Shown: in pieces, positions 26,812 to 36,509 of the stretch | Position numbering within the stretch: the stretch's first letter is position 1 | Layout of the letters: each line of letters starts with the position of its first letter | DNA from: Lachnospiraceae bacterium | GTDB taxonomy: Bacteria; Bacillota; Clostridia; Lachnospirales; Lachnospiraceae | Assembly (NCBI GenBank): GCA_030524665.1 | Contig: JAUNGL010000003.1 | Location: 1 to 58,003 of the forward strand | DNA length: 58,003 nt | Reading direction: 5' to 3' | Notes under the pieces: generated by a model | The model's input: only the letters and a program-made list of their open reading frames with translations | Told to the model about the DNA's origin: nothing | The model's database searches: none | Program-made: the position numbers and the translations under genes

Positions 26812-26878
26812 ATAACTTCGTGTTTGTGAACGAACAGACGCCGGGAATTTACCGTTTGTCAGCGAAACACGAAGTTAT
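26812..26878. repeat. 14-bp perfect inverted repeat between divergent genes
   Basis: ATAACTTCGTGTTT (26812-26825) and AAACACGAAGTTAT (26865-26878). Confidence 0.7.
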
Positions 26879-27048
26879 TTATGAATGACGAATGAATACA
26901 GATATTGCGAAAAATTAAGCTTGAATCAGACATCCGTAGTGGTATATACTAGAGCGTGTTTAATTTGTGTTTGAAAAGCAGGCCACAAGAAGTAACTGAG
27001 GGAGTATCAGCAGCAGATGAAATATAACAGATACAGAGGAAATTGATC

Positions 27049-28374
27049 ATGAATTATATGGAAGCAGTAACTTATATCGAAGATGTACCGAAATTTACGA
27101 AGAAAAATAAACCGGAAAATACACTTGAAATGGTTCGCAGACTGGGACATCCGGAGCGGAAGATGAAAGTGATCCATGTGGCAGGGACGAACGGAAAAGG
27201 TTCTGTCTGTGCGTTCCTTGCATCCATTCTGCAGGGAGCCGGGAAAAGAACAGGGCTGTTTACATCACCCCATTTGGTGGACCTGACTGAGAGATTCCAG
27301 ATTGATGGGGAGCAGGTGACACAGGAAGCTTTTACAGAGGCATTTGTGCAGGTGAAACACGTTGTGGACGAGATGATCGCAGATGGCTATGCACATCCGG
27401 CTTATTTTGAACTGCTGTTTGGGGCGGGGCTCGTCATCTTTGCACAGGCAGAAGTGGAATACCTTGTGCTTGAGACGGGACTTGGCGGCAGACTGGATGC
27501 AACGAATCTGGTGGAGCATCCGATAGCGACAGTTCTGACGAGTATTAGTATGGATCATATGGAATATCTGGGAAATACAATCGAGCAGATCGCAGCAGAG
27601 AAGGCCGGAATTATCAAAGAAGGAGTCCCTGTCATTTATGACGGCCGTGTTCCTGAGGTCGAGCGGGTGATTTTGGAAGAGGCTGAAAGAAAGCATGCCA
27701 AAACGTATCCATATTATGGAAGTATGACGGAAATCCTGAACAAAACAGATAAAAGCATTGATTTTGTACTGGATACCGGGTATGATACAAGGAACACAAT
27801 GCGGCTGACAGTTCCGTATCTTGCAGAGTATCAGCTTGTGAACAGCTCACTGGCTGTGATTACGACGCATGTGATCGATGCGGAGCACAGGATCAGTGAT
27901 GAGGACATTGCTGCCGGGATTGCCCGGACGAAATGGCAGGGAAGAATGGAGACCGTACTTCCCGGAGTCGTTCTGGACGGTGCGCACAATGCAGATGGGA
28001 TTAAGGAATTCATCCGTACGGTGCAGAGCGTGGAGGAACGGATGGAGGTTTCACTGCTGTTCTCTGCGGTGGCAGACAAAGAGTATGAGACGATGATCCG
28101 TACTATCTGTGAATCAGCAGAATTTGCACATGTAACAGTGACGCAGATCAATGGTTCGAGAATTGTTCCTGCCGGGCAGCTTGCAGAGGTGTTCCGGAGA
28201 TATACAAAAGCTCCGGTTGCAGTAGAACCTGATTTGGAGCAGGCATTTGAGACAGCGCTTACACATCGGGGAGAGGGGATGCTGTTTTGTGCAGGTTCCC
28301 TGTATCTGGTAGGCGGTCTGAAAGCGATCCTGCGGAACAGAAAACAGAGCTTTGAAGGGGATAAGGAGTACTGA
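27049..28374 (+). CDS. folC: Folylpolyglutamate synthase/dihydrofolate synthase
   Basis: HVAGTNGKGS, FTSPHL, ETGLGGRLDATN, EKAGIIK, LDGAHN and GSLYLVG motifs. Confidence 0.96.
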   Translation: MNYMEAVTYIEDVPKFTKKNKPENTLEMVRRLGHPERKMKVIHVAGTNGKGSVCAFLASILQGAGKRTGLFTSPHLVDLTERFQIDGEQVTQEAFTEAFVQVKHVVDEMIADGYAHPAYFELLFGAGLVIFAQAEVEYLVLETGLGGRLDATNLVEHPIATVLTSISMDHMEYLGNTIEQIAAEKAGIIKEGVPVIYDGRVPEVERVILEEAERKHAKTYPYYGSMTEILNKTDKSIDFVLDTGYDTRNTMRLTVPYLAEYQLVNSSLAVITTHVIDAEHRISDEDIAAGIARTKWQGRMETVLPGVVLDGAHNADGIKEFIRTVQSVEERMEVSLLFSAVADKEYETMIRTICESAEFAHVTVTQINGSRIVPAGQLAEVFRRYTKAPVAVEPDLEQAFETALTHRGEGMLFCAGSLYLVGGLKAILRNRKQSFEGDKEY

Positions 28375-28529
28375 TGATTAATTACGAAGAAGAACTGAAA
28401 AAGTTTCATCCGAGCATGGATGTCAATGAGGCAGAGGATGCGATTTACAGCCGTGACCTTACGGATGTGACGGATATCCTGAAAGAGATGATGAAGGAAG
28501 AAAAGAAGAACAGAAAGCAGGGGCTTTGA
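28374..28529 (+). CDS. Small hypothetical protein (51 aa)
   Basis: MINYEEELKKFHPSMDVNEAEDAIYSRDLTDVTDILKEMMKEEKKNRKQGL; AAGGAG SD; TGATG overlaps with both neighbours. Not in the ORF track. Confidence 0.82.
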   Translation: MINYEEELKKFHPSMDVNEAEDAIYSRDLTDVTDILKEMMKEEKKNRKQGL

Positions 28530-30178
28530 TGAGATGTATATACTGTAATACTCCTCTTTCTGCCATTGATTACTGTACCGGGTGCGGAGCAGATATCACG
28601 ATCCAGAAGCGTATCGCACGGATTTCGAATCTGCTGTACAATGAAGGGCTGGAGAAGGCACGTGTCCGGGATATGGAGGATGCGATTACCTGTCTGAAGA
28701 GGAGCCTGAAGTTTAATAAAGAAAATATCGATGCGAGGAATCTGCTGGGACTTTGCTACATGGAGACCGGAGAGGTAGTATCCGCTCTCTGCGAGTGGGT
28801 GGTCAGCAAGAATATGAAGCCGACGGATAATCTGGCGGATCATTATATCAATCTGCTGCAGTCGAACAAGAATCGTCTGGATGTGATCAACCAGACGATC
28901 CGCAAGTACAATCAGTCTGTGCTGTACTGCAGGGAAGATAATGAAGATATGGCGATTATCCAGCTGAAAAAGGTGATCAGTCAGAATCCTAAATTTGTCA
29001 AGGCATATCAGCTTCTGGCGCTGCTCTATATGAAGCGGCAGGAGTATGAGCGTGCCAGAAAGCTTCTGAAGAAGGCAGCCCGCATTGATAATACCAATAC
29101 GACAACACTTCGCTATCTGCAGGAAATCGAAGATGCGACCGGAAAAGGTACAAACCTTGACCATAAAAAACATAAACGGCTGGAACGGGAGAAGGAAGAA
29201 CCCGTATCCGAGACACTGCGCTATATGAGCGGTACGGAAATGGTAATACAGCCGACGACATTCCGTGATAGTTCTACGATTGCGACATTTATTAATATCA
29301 TTCTCGGAATGCTCCTCGGCGGGGCTATTGTGTGGTTTCTGATTGTACCGGCGAATCGCCAGGATATCAATGATGAGGCGAACCGTATTGTGACAGATGC
29401 CAATACGAAGCTTGCTTCCGAATCGGTGAAGGTACAGGAGCTTCAGGATGAGATAGGCGGATATCAGCAGCAGGTAGAAGAAGCCAATCAGGAACGTGAT
29501 GCGGCGAATGAGAAGGCAGACAGCTACGATGATCTGCTGGCGATTGCCAATACGTATATCAGCGGAGATGAGGCTACAGCAGCGAGCATGGTGACAGAGC
29601 TGGATGCGGAGCAGTTTGAGGGAAATGCACTGGCGCTTTACAATGGACTGAATGGTGCAGTTCAGGCAAGCCTGTTTACGCAGTATTATAATGCAGGTAC
29701 ACAGGCATATGTGAGCGGAGATTTGAATACTGCAGCAACGCAGCTTCAGGCGGCCGTGGATTCAGATCCGGACCGTACGCAGAGCAAACATTTGGAGGCA
29801 CTCTGGTATTTGGCGTATGCCTATTACCAGCTTGGGGATCAGACGAAAGCGGGTGAGATGTATGGACGGATCATCCAGTATTATCCTGGAACCAATTATG
29901 CATCGCAGGCGCAGCAGTTTGTTGCATCTGGTACGGTGCCTGAGACGACGGGACAGAACGCAGCGAATCCGCAGGACACCAATGCAGCAGACCTGAGTGG
30001 TCTGAATGCAGACGATCCAAACCAGCAGACCGGGACTCAGGGAGCGGGCGATACTCAGAATGGAAATGGAACACAGGGTGAGGGAGTGACCTGGACAGAA
30101 GCGGATGTCGCATGGGTGGATCCGAATACCGGACTGAAGTATGACGTGGATGGAAACGAGCTTCCGGGGCAGAGGTAA
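28529..30178 (+). CDS. Zinc-ribbon, TPR, transmembrane, coiled-coil and TPR protein
   Basis: CIYC-x9-CTGC at the N-terminus; TPR-like ARNLLGLCY and AYQLLALLY; TM IILGMLLGGAIVWFLIVP; C-terminal ALWYLAYAYYQLG...YPGT.YA. Confidence 0.85.
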   Translation: MRCIYCNTPLSAIDYCTGCGADITIQKRIARISNLLYNEGLEKARVRDMEDAITCLKRSLKFNKENIDARNLLGLCYMETGEVVSALCEWVVSKNMKPTDNLADHYINLLQSNKNRLDVINQTIRKYNQSVLYCREDNEDMAIIQLKKVISQNPKFVKAYQLLALLYMKRQEYERARKLLKKAARIDNTNTTTLRYLQEIEDATGKGTNLDHKKHKRLEREKEEPVSETLRYMSGTEMVIQPTTFRDSSTIATFINIILGMLLGGAIVWFLIVPANRQDINDEANRIVTDANTKLASESVKVQELQDEIGGYQQQVEEANQERDAANEKADSYDDLLAIANTYISGDEATAASMVTELDAEQFEGNALALYNGLNGAVQASLFTQYYNAGTQAYVSGDLNTAATQLQAAVDSDPDRTQSKHLEALWYLAYAYYQLGDQTKAGEMYGRIIQYYPGTNYASQAQQFVASGTVPETTGQNAANPQDTNAADLSGLNADDPNQQTGTQGAGDTQNGNGTQGEGVTWTEADVAWVDPNTGLKYDVDGNELPGQR

Positions 30179-30312
30179 TGGTGCTCTGCACGCGATCGTG
30201 ATTTTCTTCCGATCTGATAATTACAGTTGACAGGATGATAAGTGTACGGGGCCTCAGATATGTCTGGGGCCAGGTGGAAGCTGATTACAAAACAAATAAG
30301 AGAAAATCCCAT

Positions 30313-30373
30313 AACAGGGGGCAATATACACAGAGCAGATGCAGAAGCCTGTGAGGTATTGCCCCCTGTTTTT
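30313..30373 (+). terminator. Probable terminator after the TPR gene
   Basis: 14-bp inverted repeat AACAGGGGGCAATA / TATTGCCCCCTGTT followed by TTT. Confidence 0.55.
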
Positions 30374-30478
30374 ATGAAAGGGCAGAAAAGCAGGTACGAT
30401 ACCGAAGCGAAGGAGAATCTGTCATGTAAAACGGCAGTTATGATGTTAGCAAAATCAGGTAAAGGGAGGATGCAGGGT

Positions 30479-30802
30479 ATGGAACAGTACTTTGAGATAG
30501 TCGGAACGACGCTGAATATTAAACTTCCGTCTGAGGTGGACCATCACAGTTCAGAGGAGATACGGAAAGGGGCAGATCGTATTTTACAGAGGAGACTGAT
30601 ACGGTCCGTTGTGTTTGATTTTGAAAAGACTGCATTTATGGACAGCTCCGGGATCGGTATGATTATGGGACGGTATAAAACAATGCGTTTTATGGGAGGA
30701 AATGTGGTGGCAGTTCACGTGAATGAGAGAATGCAGCGGATACTGACTCTGTCGGGGATTTACAAACTCATTGATATCTATGACGGGATGCCGCAGAACT
30801 GA
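30479..30802 (+). CDS. spoIIAA: Anti-sigma-F factor antagonist (STAS)
   Basis: EVDHH and FMDSSGIGMIMGRYK motifs; GGAGG precedes ATG 30479; synteny with spoIIAB and sigF. Confidence 0.93.
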   Translation: MEQYFEIVGTTLNIKLPSEVDHHSSEEIRKGADRILQRRLIRSVVFDFEKTAFMDSSGIGMIMGRYKTMRFMGGNVVAVHVNERMQRILTLSGIYKLIDIYDGMPQN

Positions 30803-30934
30803 ATCTGGCTGTTTACAGTCCTGTCGGGCTGCGGATCATAACAACTGATCTTGAAAGCAGTATTTCCGGGGCAGGAGAAATTCCGGATAGAGAATTCCTG
30901 CACAGAGCAGCAGTATAAGGAGGGGGAACATGAC

Positions 30935-31381
30935 ATGCAGCAAAATGAAATGAAACTGGAATTTGACAGCCGTTCATGTAATGAGGGATTTGCAAGAGTG
31001 GCGGTAGCAGCTTTTATGACACAGCTCAATCCGACGCTGGAGGAGGTCGCGGATGTGAAAACGGCAGTCTCAGAGGCAGTCACGAATGCGATCATTCATG
31101 CGTATGAGGGGGAAGTGCGGAAGGTTGTAATTGAATGCAGAATCGAAGATCAGACTCTGACCGTGGCAGTGAAGGATACCGGAAAAGGGATTACGGATGT
31201 TCCGCGTGCGATGGAGCCGCTTTTTACCACAAAGGCTGAGTGTGACCGGGCAGGTATGGGATTTGCTTTTATGGAAGCATTTATGGATCAGCTCAAGGTC
31301 GAATCAGAACCGGGCCGGGGCACATGTGTGACGATGAGCAAATATATTACAAGAGAACCAAACAAATATGAAAGGCAGTGA
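30935..31381 (+). CDS. spoIIAB: Anti-sigma-F factor/kinase
   Basis: NEGFARVAVAAF, DVKTAVSEAVTNAIIHAY, AMEPLFTT and GMGFAFMEAFMD motifs. Confidence 0.96.
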   Translation: MQQNEMKLEFDSRSCNEGFARVAVAAFMTQLNPTLEEVADVKTAVSEAVTNAIIHAYEGEVRKVVIECRIEDQTLTVAVKDTGKGITDVPRAMEPLFTTKAECDRAGMGFAFMEAFMDQLKVESEPGRGTCVTMSKYITREPNKYERQ

Positions 31382-32106
31382 TCTGGCAGATGGAACATAC
31401 CCTTTCGCTGATTCAGCGGGTACACGAGGGGGATAAAGAGGCCAGAGAACAGATTGTAGAGGAAAACATGGGGCTGGTATTTACGATTGTCCAGCGGTTT
31501 CAGGGCAGGGGCTGCGAGCGGGAGGATCTGGTGCAGATCGGATGTATCGGTCTTCTGAAGGCAATCGACCATTTTGACAGCTCCTTTGATGTACGGTTTT
31601 CTACGTATGCAGTCCCGATGATTACAGGAGAAATCAAGCGTTTTCTGAGGGATGACGGTATGATCCGTGTCAGCCGGATTCTGAAGGAATCAGCAGCAAA
31701 GGCATACCGTGCGAAGGAACAGCTCGAAAAAGCAAAAGGAATGGAACCGACGATGGAAGAAATATCAGAGGAGACAGGGATCAGTAAGGAGGATCTGGTG
31801 CTTGCAATGGAGGCGGTTGCAGAGGTCGAATCTTTCAGCCAGACTGTCTACAGTGGGGACGGGACTCCTGTTCTTCTGGGAGACCGGCTGCCGGATGAGC
31901 AGGACAGGAATGAGGAACTGCTGAACCGGATGCTGCTCGCACAGCTTCTGGAGCTGCTGGAAGAACAGGAGCAGAAAATCATCCGTCTGCGCTACTTCGA
32001 GGACAGGACTCAGGTGCAGGTAGCCGAACAGCTCGGTATGACTCAGGTACAGGTATCGCGGGCAGAGAAACGGATACTGAAAAAGCTGCGGGAGGCCGGG
32101 CGGTGA
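31378..32106 (+). CDS. sigF: Forespore RNA polymerase sigma factor F
   Basis: EDLVQIGCIGLLKAID, FSTYAVPMITGEIKRFLRDDG and TQVQVSR motifs; third gene of the spoIIA operon. ATG 31390 is an alternative start. Confidence 0.93.
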   Translation: MIWQMEHTLSLIQRVHEGDKEAREQIVEENMGLVFTIVQRFQGRGCEREDLVQIGCIGLLKAIDHFDSSFDVRFSTYAVPMITGEIKRFLRDDGMIRVSRILKESAAKAYRAKEQLEKAKGMEPTMEEISEETGISKEDLVLAMEAVAEVESFSQTVYSGDGTPVLLGDRLPDEQDRNEELLNRMLLAQLLELLEEQEQKIIRLRYFEDRTQVQVAEQLGMTQVQVSRAEKRILKKLREAGR

Positions 32107-32146
32107 GAAAACTGTTTTTCCTGCGTCAGGTGTCCGGGCTGCCTGA

Positions 32147-33075
32147 TTATTTCAGGTTCAGCTTTTTTTCACAGAAGGCATTCCGGAATTGACCGGGAGT
32201 CATGCCTTCTGTTTTTTTGAATACACGCATAAAGTATTTTTCATCCTTAAAACCGCACATATAGGCAACCTCTTCGATGGAAAGCCGCCGGTTGGCAGTC
32301 AGGAGATTTTTGGCTGCCGTGATTCTGTATCGGGTAATATAGTAGGATACCGTATGCCCGGTGTATTTTTTCAGGAGTGATGTCATATAGGTAGGATGGT
32401 AGTTAAAATGTTCAGCCAGAGAACTGACCGTAATGGATTCTTCGTAATGAACGCGGATCCATTCAATGATAGCTTTTACATTATTCGGGAGCTTATCGCT
32501 GTTCAGATTATTTGCAGCCAGAGATTCCGCAGTGAACTCGGACAGCAGGACATTCAGTGCATAACGGCAGCGCCAGGTACGCATATAGTTATCGCGTTTC
32601 GACATATCCAGAAGCTGTGTAAACAGCAGGGCAGAGCGTTTCTCAGAAGAGAGGCGGCTGTATTCCGGAAGGATAAACTGGTTATGCGGTGAGACCGGAG
32701 TATTTTGGGGGGGGCAGAAGCATCATCATAAAGATAGTTGTTATAACGCAGCAGAGACTTCCTGTTGTAAATGACATAATCAGGGTCTGTAATATAGAAA
32801 TGTACCCAGTAATACGAGAGATAACCTTCACTGCACTTATTTCCGTAATGTGTCAGTCCCGGAAACAGCACAATGCTTTCGTTCTCATGCACATCATAAT
32901 TCCGTTCATTCTGAGTGATGTGCAGAGTTCCTTTGCAGACAACAATAAAAACCCAGGAATCAATATTCCTGCGCTCATGGATAAAACCATCTTCGCTGAT
33001 CAGATTTCCGCTGCTTAGATATTCCACAGGATATTCCGCCTGAGACACACAGTATAACATATGGGATTTGTCCAC
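32147..33075 (-). pseudogene. AraC family transcriptional regulator split by a frameshift in a C8 tract
   Basis: The N-terminal cupin ORF (33075-32554; HERR, YYWVHF) and the C-terminal HTH ORF (32605-32147; CGFKDEKYFMRVFKKTEGMTP) join in frame if the homopolymer at 32707-32714 is 9 or 6 nt long. Confidence 0.85.
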
Positions 33076-33263
33076 CTTTCCTTTTGGATTGTGAGTTGTT
33101 CGGAAATGTTTATTATAATATCATGATTATACCATTAATTTTAGAAAACTTGCAAGTTAGAACGCGAAATTGTGTGAATATGTGGTAACAGTCAGACATG
33201 CTTGAAAAATGAAAAGGCAGGCCTGCAGCTTACATGGAACAATATGAAAAGGAGGCTTTTGGA

Positions 33264-34559
33264 ATGAAGAAGAAAAGATTAGTAGCAATGTCAATGGCAT
33301 CCCTGATGGCAGTCACCTCAATGGGATTTGGTATTACTGCGAAGGCAGATGATGTTGTAGAATTGACGTTTATGGGCTGGGAAGCATCTCCGCTTGAGAC
33401 ACAGGCTGTTGAGGACGGTATCAAGGCATTTGAAGAACAGTATCCGAATATTAAAGTAACGTATACTCCGGGACTTGCAGGCTCCGAGTATAATGCAAAG
33501 CTTCTTTCCTCCGCTGCTGCGAAGGCGCTTCCGGACGTTATGTTTGTAGCGGCAGAAAGCTATCGCCAGATTGCATCCAAGAACGCGCTGATGGAGCTGA
33601 CGGATAAGTTTGATGAGAATTATCCACTGGATGATTTCATCGCATCTTCCCGTCAGATTATGGAAATAGACGGACATATCTACGGTATTTCTTCCTGTAC
33701 GGTTTCTCCGATCGTTTACTACAACAAGGACGTATTTGATGCAGCAGGCATTGCGTATCCGAGTTCTGACCCGGCAGAGTGCTGGACCATGGAAGAGTTC
33801 AGAGAGATTGCAAAGCAGCTCACCACAGAGGATATTTACGGTGTATACGGACTGGAAACCGTAGCAGATACGCTGAATGCCCAGATTCTCTCCAATGGTG
33901 GAACAAGATATAATGAGGATTATACACAGAGTACGATGAATACCCCGGAGGTAAAGGAAGTACTGGAAACAATCAAAGCAGTCCGTGTAGAGGATGGTTC
34001 CGCACCGGATGCATCCACGCTTGATGCAGTCGGCATGTCCGCAAAGCAGATGCTTCAGACAGGTAAGGTTGCTATGCTGGTAGACGGTTCCTGGTCACTT
34101 CAGGAGCTGGCCGCTTCCGGAATGAACATCGGAATGGCTCCGATGCCGTCCTATGGTGAAGTTCTGACAACCGGACAGGCACACCTGCATGCGATTTCCG
34201 CAACAACAGAGCATCCGGATGAAGCATGGGAATTCCTGAAATTCTTATCCGGTATGGATTATCAGGGTGCACTTGTTAAGTCAGGCCTCTGGATGCCGAA
34301 CCGTTATTCTATGTATGAAGAGGATGCAGTAAATGAGTGGTATGATGAGAACGTACACGGCGACAGCTATCGTTCCATGCTTGACTACTTCAGAGATGCG
34401 GCAGTAGACCCGACCGCACTGCAGCCATCAGCTCAGGCACGTGACATCATCGCAGAAGAAACAGATATGTACTTCAAGATGGATCAGGATATTGATGTGA
34501 CATTACAGAATCTTGACAGCAGAATCGATGCAGCAATCGCAGATGCACTGCAGCAGTAA
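33264..34559 (+). CDS. Sugar ABC transporter substrate-binding protein (CUT1)
   Basis: AFEEQYPNIKV, LPDVM, YYNKDVFDAAG, GKVAM and HPDEAWEFLKF motifs; AGGAGG precedes ATG 33264. Confidence 0.93.
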   Translation: MKKKRLVAMSMASLMAVTSMGFGITAKADDVVELTFMGWEASPLETQAVEDGIKAFEEQYPNIKVTYTPGLAGSEYNAKLLSSAAAKALPDVMFVAAESYRQIASKNALMELTDKFDENYPLDDFIASSRQIMEIDGHIYGISSCTVSPIVYYNKDVFDAAGIAYPSSDPAECWTMEEFREIAKQLTTEDIYGVYGLETVADTLNAQILSNGGTRYNEDYTQSTMNTPEVKEVLETIKAVRVEDGSAPDASTLDAVGMSAKQMLQTGKVAMLVDGSWSLQELAASGMNIGMAPMPSYGEVLTTGQAHLHAISATTEHPDEAWEFLKFLSGMDYQGALVKSGLWMPNRYSMYEEDAVNEWYDENVHGDSYRSMLDYFRDAAVDPTALQPSAQARDIIAEETDMYFKMDQDIDVTLQNLDSRIDAAIADALQQ

Positions 34560-34751
34560 TAAATAAGTATTGTAATTTGTTGTATAAATGTGCTTAATTA
34601 TGCACCCTGCACTGTATAGGCACTGCAGGGTGTATTTTTATTACCATTTACGGCTGGGCTGGCCTGAAACAAGAAATCCTGTGAACAGGTGCGGGATGTA
34701 TAGGACAATTTTTGAAGGACAGCCATGATACATAAAAGGAGGCGAATAGAG

Positions 34752-35642
34752 ATGAGAACAAAAAAAGTCAGAAAGCTGAACGATGATACCAGATGGGCAT
34801 GGGTTATGCTTCTGCCGAATGTAATCGGATTTGTGATGTTCATGCTCGTGCCTGTAGTGGCGACGTTTGTGCTGAGCTTTATGAAATACGATATGCTGAC
34901 ACCACCGAAATTTATCGGGTTTCAGAATTACATCGATATGGCGAAGGATCCTATCGTGTGGGAAGTTACCAAAAATACACTGATCTATACGGTGCTCACC
35001 GTGCCGATTGGCATGTGCCTGTCACTGCTGTTGGCGGTTATGCTGGATCAGAATATCGGATTCCGGAGATTTTACAGAGCGGCATTTTTCCTGCCGGCAA
35101 TCACCTCCATGGTAGTCGTAGCGATTGTATGGCAGTGGATTTATAATCCGGATTATGGTCTTTTGAATTACTTCTTATCTATTTTTGGCATTGAGGGACC
35201 GAAGTGGCTTCTGGATACCAGAACCTCTCTAGTATCTCTGGCAATCGTAGGTATCTGGAAAAACGTAGGATACAATATGATCATTTTCCTGTCTGGACTG
35301 CAGGGGATTTCCAACAGCTACTATGAAGCAGCAGAGCTGGACGGTGCAAATAAGCTGAAGCAGTTCCGGTATATCACGATTCCGATGCTGAAGCCAACCA
35401 CGTTCTTTATCTTTATTATGTCCGTGATCAGTTCCTTCCAGGTATTTGACCAGGTTATGCTGATGACCAAAGGAGGTCCGGGCAGATCGTCTTCTGTTCT
35501 GGTACACTATCTGTATCAGAATGCGTTCCAGTATTTCAAGCTGGGCTACGCATGCGCGATTGCGTATCTGCTGTTCTTTATCATCATGGCCATTACCATC
35601 TTCAATATGCGCATGGAAAAGAATATGCGTGAAATTTATTAG
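34752..35642 (+). CDS. Sugar ABC transporter permease
   Basis: FIGFQNY, WKNVGYNM, YYEAAELDGA and TKGGP motifs. Confidence 0.94.
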   Translation: MRTKKVRKLNDDTRWAWVMLLPNVIGFVMFMLVPVVATFVLSFMKYDMLTPPKFIGFQNYIDMAKDPIVWEVTKNTLIYTVLTVPIGMCLSLLLAVMLDQNIGFRRFYRAAFFLPAITSMVVVAIVWQWIYNPDYGLLNYFLSIFGIEGPKWLLDTRTSLVSLAIVGIWKNVGYNMIIFLSGLQGISNSYYEAAELDGANKLKQFRYITIPMLKPTTFFIFIMSVISSFQVFDQVMLMTKGGPGRSSSVLVHYLYQNAFQYFKLGYACAIAYLLFFIIMAITIFNMRMEKNMREIY

Positions 35643-35659
35643 GAAGGAGGAAGTCGTCT

Positions 35660-36493
35660 ATGAATACGAGAAGAAAAAAACTGATTATGAAAATCATTGC
35701 ACATACGATCCTGATTCTTGGATCACTGACGATGCTGGTTCCATTTATCTGGATGCTCTCTTCGTCGTTTAAGAGTCTGGGTGAAGTGTTTGTATTTCCT
35801 CCCACTCTGTTCGGCGAGAAGATCGTATGGGAAAATTACACCAAGATCTCCAGCCGGTTTGATTATTTCGCATATTTCCTGAACAGTGTGAAAGTATCTG
35901 CCTGGGTAGTTGTTTGTCAGGTGTTTACATCGGCGACGGCAGGGTATGTGTTTGCAAAGCTCAATTTCAAAGGAAGAGACAAGGTATTTCTGCTGTATCT
36001 GGCCACGATGATGATTCCTTTCCATGTCACAGTCATTACGAATTATCTGCAGATGTCGATGTATGGTCTGGTTAATACCTTATGGTCTCTGATGCTCCCG
36101 GCTTCCGTCTCTGCATTCGGAACCTTCCTGATGCGTCAGTTTTTCATTACAGTACCGAATGAGCTGATCGACGCGGCCAAAATTGATGGCTGCAATCCGT
36201 TTACAACCTTTATCCGGATTGCGTTTCCGATGGCGAAATCGACAATTGCAACACTCTGCATTTTCTGTTTTATGAATGTATGGAATGACTATTTTACGCC
36301 GCTGATCTATATCAATGATGCCAGAAAATATACACTTCCGTTGGGTCTTGCAAGCATGAAGGGAATGTATTCGACCGACTGGCCGGTGCTGATGAGTGCT
36401 TCGGTGATTGCTGTGCTTCCGGTGCTGGTTGCTTTCCTTTTTGCACAGGATGCATTCGTAAAGGGCGTTATGATGTCAGGTATGAAAGAGTGA
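35660..36493 (+). CDS. Sugar ABC transporter permease
   Basis: FLMRQFF, ELIDAAKIDG and WNDYFTPLI motifs. Confidence 0.94.
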   Translation: MNTRRKKLIMKIIAHTILILGSLTMLVPFIWMLSSSFKSLGEVFVFPPTLFGEKIVWENYTKISSRFDYFAYFLNSVKVSAWVVVCQVFTSATAGYVFAKLNFKGRDKVFLLYLATMMIPFHVTVITNYLQMSMYGLVNTLWSLMLPASVSAFGTFLMRQFFITVPNELIDAAKIDGCNPFTTFIRIAFPMAKSTIATLCIFCFMNVWNDYFTPLIYINDARKYTLPLGLASMKGMYSTDWPVLMSASVIAVLPVLVAFLFAQDAFVKGVMMSGMKE

Positions 36494-36509
36494 TGACAGG
36501 AGGAGAAGT

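Noticed and set aside
26950-26977. TAGAGCGTGTTT resembling an IS terminal repeat
   Set aside because: No matching second end and no transposase nearby.
30242-30478. N-terminal extensions of spoIIAA, and similarly of dat, spoIIAB, the adaptor gene and trkA, in the ORF track
   Set aside because: Downstream starts have good SD sequences and match family N-termini; the spoIIAA extension runs through a terminator-like hairpin.
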